Made by a program: the position numbers and the translations under genes. From Geosiphon pyriformis uo1 (lineage: Eukaryota; Fungi; Glomeromycota), in the NCBI GenBank assembly GCA_016748015.1, contig JAAOMT010000003.1, positions 1,182,373 to 1,246,372 of the forward strand: a DNA stretch of 64,000 bases, in the 5' to 3' direction. Shown here piece after piece: positions 18,126 through 31,100 of this stretch. The notes under the pieces were generated by a model. It did no database searches. It was not told the DNA's origin and saw only the letters and a program-made list of their open reading frames with translations. Position 1 is the stretch's first letter, and every line of letters starts with the position of its first letter.

Positions 18126-18781
18126 ATGAAAATTACCAACAACATCCACTTATTTGCACAACAACTATTACAACTAATTTAACAACAGGAATCAAGCCTG
18201 GAAGTTATCATCAATAAAAACATAATACAATATAAGAACAAAGAAATAACACAAAAAAACCAAACTAAAGAGCAATATTTTAGATATCACACTTCTAAAA
18301 ATATTATAGATAAAATAATAATAAAAATAGAAAAAACATTGAAAGATCCAAAAATATCAATACTAAAAGAAGAATTGATCTTAAAAAATTGGAACCAATA
18401 GATACAACAAATCCAAAAAACTTTTGTTATTATCAGTTGGAACAATAGTTAAGCATCAAAAACTTATATACTGACAAAACAAAAAGAAAATTTGATCTAA
18501 TTTAATTACAACAAATTGAACAACTTGTTGGAAAAAACAATTTATTCATATATACAAGAGCTATTTATTGACTATAAATGAGATTTTGAGACAAACCAAA
18601 AATATTACTACATTTAACAATAGATACTATAATTATTAATCAATTGAGAAAATTAACCAATGCCCAATTTAAAGAATTGCAGATGAAAATTACAAAAGCA
18701 ATTCTAGAGAAAGAAGTTATAAAGCTAATCCAAAAAAAAAATCTAGAAAGTTTAGAAGATTTTGATAGAGCTCAATATTAA
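18126..18781 (+). pseudogene. ORF3 of Gypsy-B (env-position accessory ORF, decayed)
   Basis: Translates 'MKITNNIHLFAQQLLQLI...YYQLEQ*LSIK...QQIEQLVGKNNL...IIINQLRKLTNAQFKELQ...FDRAQY*', which aligns with ORF3 of Gypsy-C. Confidence 0.8.
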
Positions 18782-21700
18782 AGGGGAGAATAATATTACT
18801 CATAGAAATTAGAAATGTTATAGTTAGAAAAATAGTCAATTAGAAGTAGGCATAGTAATAAAAAAATTCCAGGATTTCTCTAAAAAAATTGCAGAATTCC
18901 AAAATTTCAGAATATCAGAATTCTTCATATAGAATTGCAGGATTACAGAATCCCAGAATTTCAAAATTTTTTTGAAAAAATCTCATATAATACCAACTAT
19001 GTATATATAGTAGTAATATTAGAAGCAAAAAAAATAATTCAGTTTAGTTTTAATTTAGCATCTCCTTTCTTATCTATTAATTAACCCTTATTTCATAAAT
19101 GGTTAATATCAACTGAAATAAATTTATCAAAATATTTAATAAAACATACTTATTATTATTTAATTTATGTTAATTGAGAATCTTTATTACCTATCTGTTA
19201 TTAATGCTTTATGTTGATAATATTCAACACTTAATTACATTGGAATAATAGCTCTTGATTATGGCATATTAATTCTTATTTTCTTTCTTATTTTTTTATT
19301 TTTTTTATTTTTTTTGTTGTCTGTTGTTGAATAATTAATTTAAAAAATTAAATACTGATTAATTGACATCAAAGATAGCCTAATAAAAGATTTAGAAATA
19401 AGGGTATAGAATTTATAAATTAATGAATAGTTTATTAAAAGAGCACAACTGTCAGAATAAATCAGTTATTATACTAAAAAAAGAAATTTGATGGAATAAC
19501 CATTTTAAGAGACTACTAAAACAACTATTAAATCTTTGTTTATTATACAAAGAACCCAACCAAACTTTCAAATCAACCAAAATCTTCAGATTTATTAAAC
19601 ATTATTACATTATTAAGCACCAAGTTATGGGTTTGTTATTAGTATTAACATTCTAACTAATCATCTATAACAATATTTTAGAAAATAATTATGATAAAAA
19701 TAATTAAATAAAGACTAAAATCTGAAAAAATAAAGAAATATTTTGGGTATAAAGTTTTTATATTTTTTAGGTTTTGGGTTTTTCTTGTAATTATTTACTA
19801 TTTTTGTTTTTATATTTGTGTATTATTAAATGTTCAGATTTGGTTGTTGTTTTATTATAACTATTGGTTTTAAATATCAAAAAATATTTTTGGAATTAAT
19901 TAAAAGAGAATATATAGTAATTTATAAAATTAATAGTTTAAGATTGTTTTTGAAATAATAGTGCTTCAATTAATCTTTATGTATAACTTTGACTAGAATT
20001 TTGTCATTAAGTTTTAACTTATATAATTTATTGTTTAAGATTTTGTAAATATAAAATGGTTTATCTTATTTATACTTGAATTTTCTATTTTATTGTTTTT
20101 TAGCCTTAATTTTATATAGAAAAATTTTGTTTTCAATTTTGAATTTGTTGATAACTGATAGTAATTTGTTATCATGTTATTCTTTTTGTTAAGCTTAAAA
20201 ATGTTCAATATGAGTAATTGCTATTTATTTTTTTTCTTTTAAAATACTAAGTAAAGTATAAGCTCTTTATTGAAGTGTTTCTTGAAAGTTTTTTTTATTA
20301 ATTGGCTGTATTGAGTATGTTTTTATCATGAAATTAATTAGTAATATTGCTGTTTTTTTATAGATCAAATCAAAAAAATATATGTTTTGTAGTATCTTGT
20401 TTTAGTGTTCTGTATGCTAATAATATTAATAAAATAAAGATATCTTATTTTTGTTCAAAATTGGTTAAGATTTTGACTAATAATTTACACAATATTCAGT
20501 TAAAACATTCTATTAATTTATTTGTTTAGAAGTGATAAGATAATAATAAGAGTTTTTTGAAATTGAATTATTCACAAATTTTTTGTATTAAATTGTTCAC
20601 AAAATTTGTTCTTTGATTAAATAAGAGTTTAATTAGATATCTATGTTTACAAATAATGTCTTTATAAATAAAATTTGCTACTGATTTTGTATCTGTTTTT
20701 TGAATGGCTCTGGCTTTAAGCCATTTGGTAAAATAATCTACTACAATTGTTATATAATAGTTTTTTTGAATGGTAATTAGTAATGGTTTAACTAAATCAA
20801 TACCAATTCTGTCAAAAAGTTGTTTAACTTTGATTGAATTTAGAGGTTCAGTGGGGTAAATTTCTCTTTTTTTTAACAATTATTACATAATTTTATATAT
20901 TATCAAATGTTTTTTTGCATATGAGATCAAAAATAATATTCTAAAGTTTTTTAAATTGTATTATTTTTTCTTAGATATACCAATAATAAGTTTGTGTACA
21001 TATTGTAAAAAATGATTTTTTTCTTATTTTTTTGAATTAATTTGAGTAAATTTGTTGAATTTTTCCAATTTTGATAATAAATTTTGTTGTAGTGTAGAAA
21101 ATATTGTTTTAATTAGTATTTTAATTACTGTTTATTAATTGGAGACCAGTTTTTTGGCATAGTAAAAGTTTTTAAGTAATTTTTAATGTTTTTATAATTT
21201 CCAAAATCTATTGTTTGTTGATTGTTTTGTTGTTGTTGAATTGTTGAATTGTAGGTATTAATTATAATTTTGTCTTATTCTTAAAAGGTTATCTATATTG
21301 ATATGTAGTTTTTCTGGTTTGTAGTATACAATATATTTGTAATCTGCAAAAAAATTAGTCTATTGAGATTGTTTTGTATTAAGTTTTAATCTTTTCTTGT
21401 TAAGCTATTTAAAACTAATATTGTTAATTATAATGTCAAATTTTTTGCCATTTTAAAAATATTACTAAAAGTATTTTAAAGATCCAGATAACAACTGCTG
21501 CTTTTAATTTAGTTGGATTATATTTTGTTTTAATAAGTTTAAGTTTAATCAAACCACTAAATTAAACTAAACTTGAACAGAAAATTTGGCAAAATTTCAA
21601 ATTCAAACTTAAATCAGACTTAAAATTACTGAACTTAAACTGAATTTAAACATATACAACAAGTCTGGTTTAAGTTTGATTCAAAGTTTATAAATATGTT

Positions 21701-23269
21701 TAAGTTTGACTATTAAAAACATTATATTATACTATATTATTATTTAATTTTTTTTTAATGGTTTTTGTATCTATGATTAAAAATACTGTACTGCTCTTAT
21801 AGTTTTAGGCACAAAGTAAGACTTTATATCTGTAATCATATTTTTATCTGCAAAAAAACCACATTTAAAAACAACAGATAATCTTTAGATTGTTAAATAA
21901 TTACAAATTATATACAAAAAACAAAAAAATTGTGTTTAATATATTTAAATATCAAATTATTAATAAAATATTAATTTAGATAAATATTTTTTGTACTATA
22001 TTTTTTACTATACTATTACATCTATTTCCTTATTGGCCATCTTTTCAGAAATATAACAATTAATTTTGTCAAGTTTTTTTCCTTATTATTGTCAAAGTCT
22101 GTTTTTAATAGAAATCCTATAACTGATATTATAATATTATTAAAATTGTTATTCAACAAAAAACTGTTATTTGATATTAGTATAATGTTTAGTATATACT
22201 TTGTTTCAAAAAAAGTACATATGTTAAAAGTTTATTTATTGTGTGAAAGTTGAAAAATAAAACTATTTAAATAAATTAATAACTTACAATTCTTTTGTTT
22301 TATTAATATTGTCATCTAAGAATTCTCTTTTTGTAAAATAATAGAATTTTTTTCTTGGATTTAATGCAATGCAAAGCATTATAGTTGTATTTGTTTTAAA
22401 GTAATATTCAACCAACTTTTTTTTTGTTGCCTTAATCTCTATAATAAATTATGAATCTAATATTAAATATGTTAAATAATTAACTAAATAAATACAATTG
22501 AGATTATAATATTTTATTAAATTCATTATTATTAACCATGTTTTTAATGTAATTAAGAATAATATTAAAGAGGAAAATAATTGAAAAGACAGTATTATTT
22601 GAACTGGTTAATATTTTGACTGTAATATTCTTAAATAATTCAAGAAATTTAGCAATTCTATCAAAAACAGCTTATTAATTATATGAAATAGCATATTAAT
22701 AGAGATTGATATGAATATTAATAAGAGTATTTAATGTTTATAAATTTACAGTTAGAATTTTTGTATTCAAAATATACAAAATCAGAAATAAATGACTTAT
22801 TAGTTTAAGAAATAATCTATTCCTGACTATATTATAAGTAAAATTCCACCAGATAAGACAATCCAAAATGAATTTATGATATTTAATTTAACATATATTA
22901 TAAGCATATTCAAAGAGTTTAAAATATTAAAGCAAGGTACAAATTGCAGAATTAAGTTCTCTAATTTTTAATTTATATAAAATTTATATTAGAAAAATTT
23001 TAGATAAATATATTTGGTTTGGGTTTTTAATAAATATCTTAAAAACATAATTTTTTATTTTATCTAGAGCTGTTTGCACTGCCAAGTTTAAAATATAATC
23101 AAAGGATTGAAATTAAAAATTCTCCAAGTTTCATTAAATGTTTTTTTTAATTTTTTTGTTAACTCTTTTATAAAAGTACTATTATTTATAATATTATTAA
23201 GAATAATAGCAAAAAGCTATTGAAAAAAAATTAGATTATAACTAATAAAATTAATAATAAACTCATATA

Positions 23270-26036
23270 AAAAGAGGATAAATGTAACTTTTTCTTAAAC
23301 TTTTTTCTTAATTTTTTTGGCTGAAAATTTGGCTTAAGACAATAATAAAAACCATTTAAGTTAATATTAAAAAAACATGGTTTTTGATGATATAAGCACT
23401 GTGTTAATTCTGAACTTCAGAAAATGCTAATGCTAAAAATTTAGCTCTGAAACAATAATAAAAACCAGCTTAAGCCAATATTAAGAAAATGTAATTTTTA
23501 ATAATATAAGTATTATAGTAACTTTGAATTTTAGATAATACTAATATGTTACATAATATACTGATTTTATTATTAGCTATTAACTAATCCAAATTCATGC
23601 AAGAATATATGTATGTATTTTTAATGTAATTTTATAATCTTTTAATATTTTAAATAATTCATTCACAATATTTATTCCATTATATTATTTACTTATTAAT
23701 CCAAAATTAATTATTGTTTATTAAAGATTCCAATTATTATTGATATAAATAATAAATTTTTTGTCTCTTTAATTTTATGATTACGACTAGAGCAAAGAGT
23801 AAAAAAGCTGTATTTGATATCTTTTCTGAAATATCTAATAAAATTTCAACCAAAAAAGCTCTCTCTGTTGTAGAAGCAACCAGACAGAACGTTTTAGAAG
23901 CATTTCCTTTACTTAGTAATTGTGAAAAGCTGTCTTTGGTAACTATTAAAGCAACTTTTTTATCATTGACTGGTTTGTTATTAGTCAAAATTTCTTCAAA
24001 GAGACATACTTGGATCAGTCCCAGTGTTGTCTCCACTTCTACTAAAAGCCCAAAAGTGTTTAATAATAGACTAGTTAACAAACTGGTATTTCTCTCTATA
24101 GCTTTAATGTTTGGTGTTTTTAGCACTTTCTCTTTAAAAAAATGGTCAAAAAAGCCAAAAGTTCAGAAAAGTGAGAGCAGTTGCTTGCCTTTGCTATTGT
24201 TATACTAAACTCTTTTGTGATTCCAAATGAAATTTTAAATAAGATCTCTGTTATATTATCCAGTACATTATCCAAAATAGGCCAAGATCAATTACTGGCT
24301 GTGTTGCCAAATATGATGTCTTCCAACAAATTGTTATCAGTTTTAAAAACAAAACAATCATCTTTTGTAGTGTTATCTGTTTTTGAAAACTGAGATGACC
24401 AAATAGATACTGAATTATCTTTTTCTCTGGTTTCTGGTACTACTTTTGGTGGTGTTTGGAAAATTATTACTAGTTGTCAAAGATTTACTGGGTGAGTAGT
24501 CTCTACTTTGGTGCCTGGTGCTACTTTTAAGATCAAATTGGCTTATTTTAAGACTGTCTTCCAGTCTATACATGGTTTTTTGGATGCAAAATCTGTTTCA
24601 AAAAACAATGTGAAGCTTTTCTGTGTAGAATTTGCTTTCCAAAACTCTTTGGATGCTGCATTTTTGGTTGAGTTTACAAGCTCTGTTTGTCTTGCCACTC
24701 TTAAAATTGCCAAGTTTTTGGTAGTTTCTAAGTTTGGCTTTTCTTCTGTTGCTATTGTATTGCATGATGTGCTTTTGGGTGTATCTGCTGCTAACATTAA
24801 GACAGTTCTTGGTGTCTTTGGTAAAATTTCTCATATTTAGTCGAGATCTGCTGGTATTTGGCAATATATTGTTGTTTATTTTAAGAATTTGGATGCTATT
24901 ACATCTGTTCTTAATTACTGGTTAGTTTTGGTGAGCAAAAATAGTGTTTAGATTCTTCTTTTCATGAATCAATAAAAAACAATTGTGTCTTGTAATAGGT
25001 TTAAGGCCAAGTTGGTTAATTTTTTTTCTGACTGTACTGCCTTTGAAATCAGTAATATGATTTCTCAAGTTGATGGTTGGACTCGTTTTATTCTTTAGTC
25101 TCCTAATTCTGGTTATTATCTCTGCTTTGTTCTGGTTACATTTGGCTTTCAAACTGATTTAAATCTTATTGTTGTCAAAACTGTTACACTAAGAAAGTAC
25201 CATATTTGGTAGAAAATTCCTAGTTGTCAGCATTGTTTTTGGTATTAAGAAATAGGCTACTTGGCTGTGGACTGTAAGGTTGTTCTATCTCTCTCTTCTA
25301 AGGCTGTCAAAATGTTTAAATCACATTTTGTTGGTTTTTTGTCTTATGCAAAAACATCTGGTTTTTCTATTCTTTCTGAATTTTCTCCTTTGGTGGCTTC
25401 TGTTTTTTCTGTAGCTGTTGCTAATTCTTTAATGTTTTCTCAGTTAGCTTCTCTGAAATCTGGTTTGGCCAAGTTGTCAATATTGATTGAATCTATTATT
25501 AAGCCTGTTGGTAATTTGGTAACCACTTTTGAACAGTTTATTAAAAATGATCTTATATCTAGCAGCAAACTTGGAAACAAAATTAATGAACTTATGGCAC
25601 ATTTGAGTGCTTTTAGCAAATCTGTTGGTAAGTTAAAAAGAGAGATGGTGGCATTAAAAACTAAGTATAGCATAGAGAATGTTGATTTGTCTGGTGATTT
25701 TGGTGTTCCAATTAGAGTAAGTGATAAGATATTTGGTGAATTAATGGCACTCTGGAAATTTAAATCTTTTGATGTTAAGTTTGATCTTATAAAAACAGCT
25801 AAATGGCTTGTTAGATTGGTTCCTAATAGTCTTATTTTGTTTGATGTAATTCAAAAAATGTTTACTTTGAACAAGTTTTCTTATGAGTTAGCAGTATAGT
25901 ATAGTCTAAACTGGCTTGAGTAGCTGGTTACATGTAGAAAATACATGAACCAAATTAGCCCTGGATTACTTAATTTGGTTCTAATTTCTAATTACTGGTT
26001 GGACCATACTCATTAAATCTCTAATAATAATAATAA
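23270..26036 (+). mobile_element. ORF1-only non-autonomous LINE derivative (HAL1-like), copy 1
   Basis: One decayed frame, 23777-25899, with RRM-like segments, a degenerate CCHC knuckle ('CFWY*EIGYLAVDC') and a coiled-coil C-terminus. It is followed directly by a LINE-type 3'UTR and (TAA)n tail, with no EN/RT sequence. Confidence 0.75.
23320..23545 (+). repeat. Two ~112-bp tandem units at the 5' end of the ORF1-only element
   Basis: The unit GCTGAAAATTTGGC...AATGCTAAT starts at 23320 and again at 23432. Confidence 0.8.
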
Positions 26037-27864
26037 AATTATTGATATAATGAGTAGTAATGAAAACAAAGGTTTTATTATTGAAAAATATTCAGAGATC
26101 TAATGTAAAGAAAATTTTGGACTTAATAGTACTTAAGTATATTTATTATATTATAAGTATAAAAAAAAAAAGACATTTCATAATAAAAATAGTACTTACT
26201 CTTAAATTTTGTTTATCTAAAACATAAAATTCTATGACTTTATTTTTAATTGTATTAGCACAAACAAGTTGAGAAATGGAATTCAAATATTAAAATATTT
26301 TAATTAATTCAGAGTTTTTTACTGTAAGAAGTAATTGCTAGTAGTTAATAAGCCAAATAGTAATTATATTACAAAATTTATTATTATTAATATCAATAAC
26401 AATTACTACAAAAGGCTAAAGCAGTTTTCTAATCAGATTGGCCAAAAATCATAAAAAAAAATAGCAATTTCACTTATCAAAACATTTTTTCAATTAATTC
26501 ACAATTTTTCTAACCATTTTGCTTTTTCTTATAATATTCTTTTATTGTAACATATACTGTCTGATAAGAAGCCTCTAAATAGCACCATAAAAGTTTGGTA
26601 GTATCTGTAATTCTGCAAAAAAATGGTTTATGTATACATTCTAAGACTGTATATTTAGCTGTTTTTTTCTTTTATTTACTTAAACTTATTAAAATAGTTC
26701 TATACTTTATTCTAAAAACTATATTTATTAAATATATTAATATTTGGACTATTTGAATTATCAAATTCTGTTATTTCGAATTTTGAATTTTCAATAATAT
26801 TTAATAATACTAACAATAAATTTATTTTGATAAGTTAAAGAGTAGAATTGTTATACATGTATAATTTTATATATATTTTTAATTAATTATAATAATTAAA
26901 CAAAATAATAATTAATAAACAAATAATACAAGTTATATTTTTTTTTAATTTCATTAAACTTGAACAAATTTATGAACTTTGAACCAGACTTGAATCGAAT
27001 TTAAACTTGTTAAAAAGATTTAATATTAAACTCAAACTAAATCTACTTTGAAAAATTGGTTTGGTTTAATCAAAACTCTAATTGAAACTGTTGTTAATTT
27101 TGTTTTGAAAGTTTTAAATGCTTTTTGCTGTTTATGAATCCATTGATATGACATATTTTTGTTAATTAAGTAATTAAGAGATTTTGCAATTTTAGAGAGT
27201 TTTTTAATGAATTTTTAATGATAAAAGACCAATTCAATAAATTCTTTTAATTTTTTAATATTTTGGGAAGTTTGGAAATTTTTAATAGCACTAATTGTTT
27301 CTGGATTTGGTTGAATTCTATCTTTTCTAACAATATGTCTCAGAAAAATTAGATTTGTTTTTTTAAAGTAATATTTCTTAATGTTTAACTTCAATTTTGC
27401 TTTCCATAATTATTAAAATACTTTTTGCAGATAAATAAAATAAGCTTTAAAACTTGGTAAATAGACATTAATATTATTAAAATAAATAACTATTAATTGT
27501 CATAAAAGTTTTTTATAGACAATATTTATAAGTTTTTGAAATGTTGCTGGTGTATTGTAAAGTCCAAAAAACATTATATTAAATTTATAGTTTCTTTTTT
27601 AAGTAATGAAGATTGTTTTAAAGCAGTTCTTAAGATTTATTTTGACTTGTCAATATTTACTTTCCAAGTTTAAAGTTGAGAAAAACTTGGCTTTTTTAAG
27701 AATATCTAGTATGTTGTTAATTCTTAGAAGAAGGTATATATCTTTAATTATTATATTTTTAAATTGTTAATAATTTACACAGAATTTAATCTTGCCATTT
27801 TTTTTTTGACAAAAACTACTAATAAAACAGAGGCTTTTTGATAATTAGATAAAACTATTGTTAA

Positions 27865-28121
27865 AAATGAAGAAAAAATACGTCTAATTAAGAATTTGAG
27901 CTAAAAATACTGGTTTCTCTATAGAATTGAAAGGACAAGTGCTAAGGCTTCCAACTTTTGTTCACTAAATGAAGAATTCCAAAAGGTTTGACATGAGGTT
28001 CAATAAACGTACAATCTGTTACAAGAATAGGTGTTTCTTCAACATTTGACATGGACTGATCCAGTTCAACTGGTGTTGATTCGAGCGACACATCCATTTG
28101 TTCATTCATTTCATCAAAATG
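27865..28121 (-). other. ~257-bp foreign, CpG-retaining insert (gene 3'-end-like) inside Gypsy-A RT
   Basis: The Gypsy frame 'SHQFIRKEVQ*I' resumes as 'NNSFI' across the insert. The insert reads 'FDEMNEQMDVSLESTPVELDQSMSNVEETPILVTD...NKSWKP*' and keeps CpGs. Confidence 0.7.
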
Positions 28122-31100
28122 TATTTATTGCACTTCTTTTCTGATGAATTGGTGACTGGCAGATAGAACTTAATAAACTTAGTGTTTTAGTAAATCATCT
28201 TCTGTGTGAATTTAATGCTGCACAATATCAGTTTTTCCAAGATTATTGTTGTTTTTACTAAATATATTAGCATATTTAGTAATTAACTATTTTAATTATC
28301 TTTGTTATTAGGGTTTCAAAGGATTCATGTTAATTCAAAAAAAGTTTTTCTTCTATAATATAATAATTTTTGGTACTAAAAATAATGTTTAAGTTTAGGA
28401 GTAGTATATGTCTTACAATTTTAATAAAATTAAAGACAGTTTAAAAGATTTTATCTTGAAAGATATTGCTATATATGATTTTGATTTTTAATTTATTTAA
28501 TAGAACAATAGAATAATTGTTAGAATTATAAAAAATGACTTGGAACTTTTTCATTCTTTTTGGAATATAAATATTTGAAATTGAAATTTTGTGTTTTAAA
28601 CAAATTTGTTTATTTGATTCAAAAATTTGTTGAATGGTGGTTGGTTTTAAACAAGTGTAAATTTCATGATGTTTTTCAAAAGATAATATAGTAATTGGTT
28701 ATGAGAGTCAAAAAATTTGGTAAAATTTATTTTGTATATTAAGAGCTATATTTATTAAAACTGTAAATTGTTCAATTGAACCAAAGCTTTTGGTTTTTTT
28801 TTACTTTTCTTTAATTGTTTTCTTGATTTAACTAATTGCAAGCCTGAAATGTTGATTAAAAGTATATAAATAACTTAAACAATTTTCTCAGCATGTTTAA
28901 TCTTAAATAGTTTATCTGTTTTGTTTTGTAATATAATTGTAATATTTCTGGTGTATTCTGAATTTATAATTTTTTCTCTAATACTAATTTTTTTACTTGC
29001 CAATAATAATTGGAAAGCAATTTAAATTATTGCTTCTGGTAATATTTTAAAAGCAATTCTAAGATTAATTTTTGTTAAAAACTTGGGTTAAAAGACTAAA
29101 GTATCTTTTTTTAAATATTATAGGTTATATTCTGTGTTATTTTCATGAGTTTTCTCTGGCTTGATTCCTTAACTATTATTGTTAAAATACTTGAGTTTCA
29201 TAATAGATTAATTTTTAGTCAAATAGACCAAGATTGTTGTAAATTCTTCTTCTAGCTCAAATTCCCCAAATTTGATTTCATACTCATTACTTTTATTAAA
29301 CAAAAAAATACTGCAAACATAGCATTTTAAACACTATTGGTTTTTATAAAGCATAATACATTTTTTGCACAATTGAATATTCATTTGCTCTAATTATTGA
29401 ATTTGAGCTTTTTTGGTTAGATAAGTGTAACTTGCAATTTGATAATAAGTTTTGACTTTATCTTTGTAGTTATATTTAACAATTTCAAAAGTGTATTCAA
29501 TGTATTCAGCTTTTGTTATTTGGTAAACATTTTCTTGGATTCCTCTATTAATTAAAACTATGACTAGTTTATAGTTTATTTTAGCACTATATAGATAATG
29601 ATAAAGTTTATTGAAAACATTATTGTAAGTGGCATTAAATAAGATTTTTTTTTTTACTTTTTTAGCAATTGAAGGTACATATTAGCAAATTTGATCACAA
29701 ATTTTTTCTCTCATTGCAATATCAATTTAGTTGTATTTTTTTGATAATATTTTTTGGCATATAAAACAAAGAGTATTGTTCTATTTTCCATTTTATTTCA
29801 GGTATCCAAATCATTTCTAGTGACAAATCTTGTAGTAATAGCAAGTATACATCTTATATTCTTCTTTTGATAATATATAAGCTCTTATTGATAAAAGTTT
29901 TTTGTTGCAATCTTTGTATTTGAGTAAGATATATAGTAGTTGTTTTTGTGATTCTGGTTTAAAATACCAAATTTTGTTCTAATTACTGGTTTTTTCAAAA
30001 AATTTTGTTCTATTTTTTTGGTCCAATCGGATATTAATTCAAAAATCATATAAGTTTTGGTAATTGACATTTCTTTTTCCTTTTCAAATTCGAACACAAA
30101 AGCTTTTTCTGATTATTTGTTAAAGATACTACAAATAACAAATACTTTAGTGTATTGTTTTTGATATAAAATCTTTAATTTCTAAATTTTTTAATCCAAA
30201 TTTGCATTGGCCTTAAGAAGTCAATTATTTCTGATAAGAGTTTAGTATTAAGATACATTTATAATAAAATTTTTTATTGGAATAATAATTTTATTAATTG
30301 AAAAAAAAGTTGTTAATTTTGCTTATTGGAATTTTTTTCATACTATTGGCTATAATAATTATTGTTTGAACTGGTCTGTTAATAGTTTGTTAAAGTTGTT
30401 GCATTAGTTGGCAAATGATAATACTTCTAGCAAATTCATTGTCTAAAATTAAACAAATTTGTTTTCTTTTTACTTTAGTTTTGGTGTATATAGCTGTGAT
30501 TGCTTTTTGGTTATTAACAGCTGTATTGTTAAGCAAAAATAATGATTTATTTGCTTCAAATTTAAAAAGAAATATATTTAAAAGATTGGCATTTTGGACT
30601 GGTAAAATAATATTACTGGAAGAATTTTGTCTTAAGATTGCAGTTTCATCTTCCAAAAGTGCAGTTTGCTGAAAATTCATTTTTTTTAATATTATAAAAT
30701 AGCTAGATTATGTATAATAATAATTGGGTTTTTGTTAAGTTGAATTTTGAGAAATTAATTAGTTATTGGAATTAAATCTATTGTTATTGTTATAAATCAA
30801 TTTTGGAATGCAATTTGGTTTTGTTGAACCAATTTTTAAGCAGATATTTAATATTGCTAAACTGATAGTTATTGATACTATTGTTAAATGGGTTGTAAAG
30901 CAGATTAATAATAATTATTCTAGTATTAAGGTTTTGGTAGATAATAAGTTAGTAAAAGATTGATAGTAAGATTGTTAAGGTTAGAAATAATATTGATTAT
31001 TTTTCTGCTGCTAGTTTTATTGCATTTTTTGGCAGTCTTATTTCCAATGTTTTAAAATTTTACAATAGTAACAGCTTTAACTTTGGCTGTTTAATAATAG

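Larger units (their letters stand above)
11786..19672 (+). mobile_element. Ty3/gypsy LTR retrotransposon B (degenerate, chimeric, internally deleted)
   Basis: LTRs at 11786-12738 and 18794-19672 share R/U5 (e.g. AAATCTTTGTTTATTATACAAAGAAC). Degenerate PBS at 12741-12757, gag N-terminus at 12836-13069, dUTPase at ~13680-13910, RT 'VYLDNTN' at ~15865, RNase H 'TTDV', integrase 'DQIGINLV', ORF3, and PPT AAGGGGAGAA at 18781-18790. Confidence 0.85.
21536..27080 (-). mobile_element. hAT-family DNA transposon (degenerate), interrupted by an ORF1-only retroelement
   Basis: Minus-strand remnants of a BED finger (~26570-26660), first catalytic Asp region 'FTLDL*' (~26100), 'IILNN' (from TLDN), 'DYILNLAVQ' (from CxxHILNL), 'LDCLIWWNFTY' (from DCPTRWNSTY, ~22840) and the dimerisation domain 'MITD...PKTIRAVQ' (~21800). 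TIR TAGAGTTTTGAT at 27069-27080 and subterminal AAACY repeats. The left TIR is missing. Confidence 0.85.
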
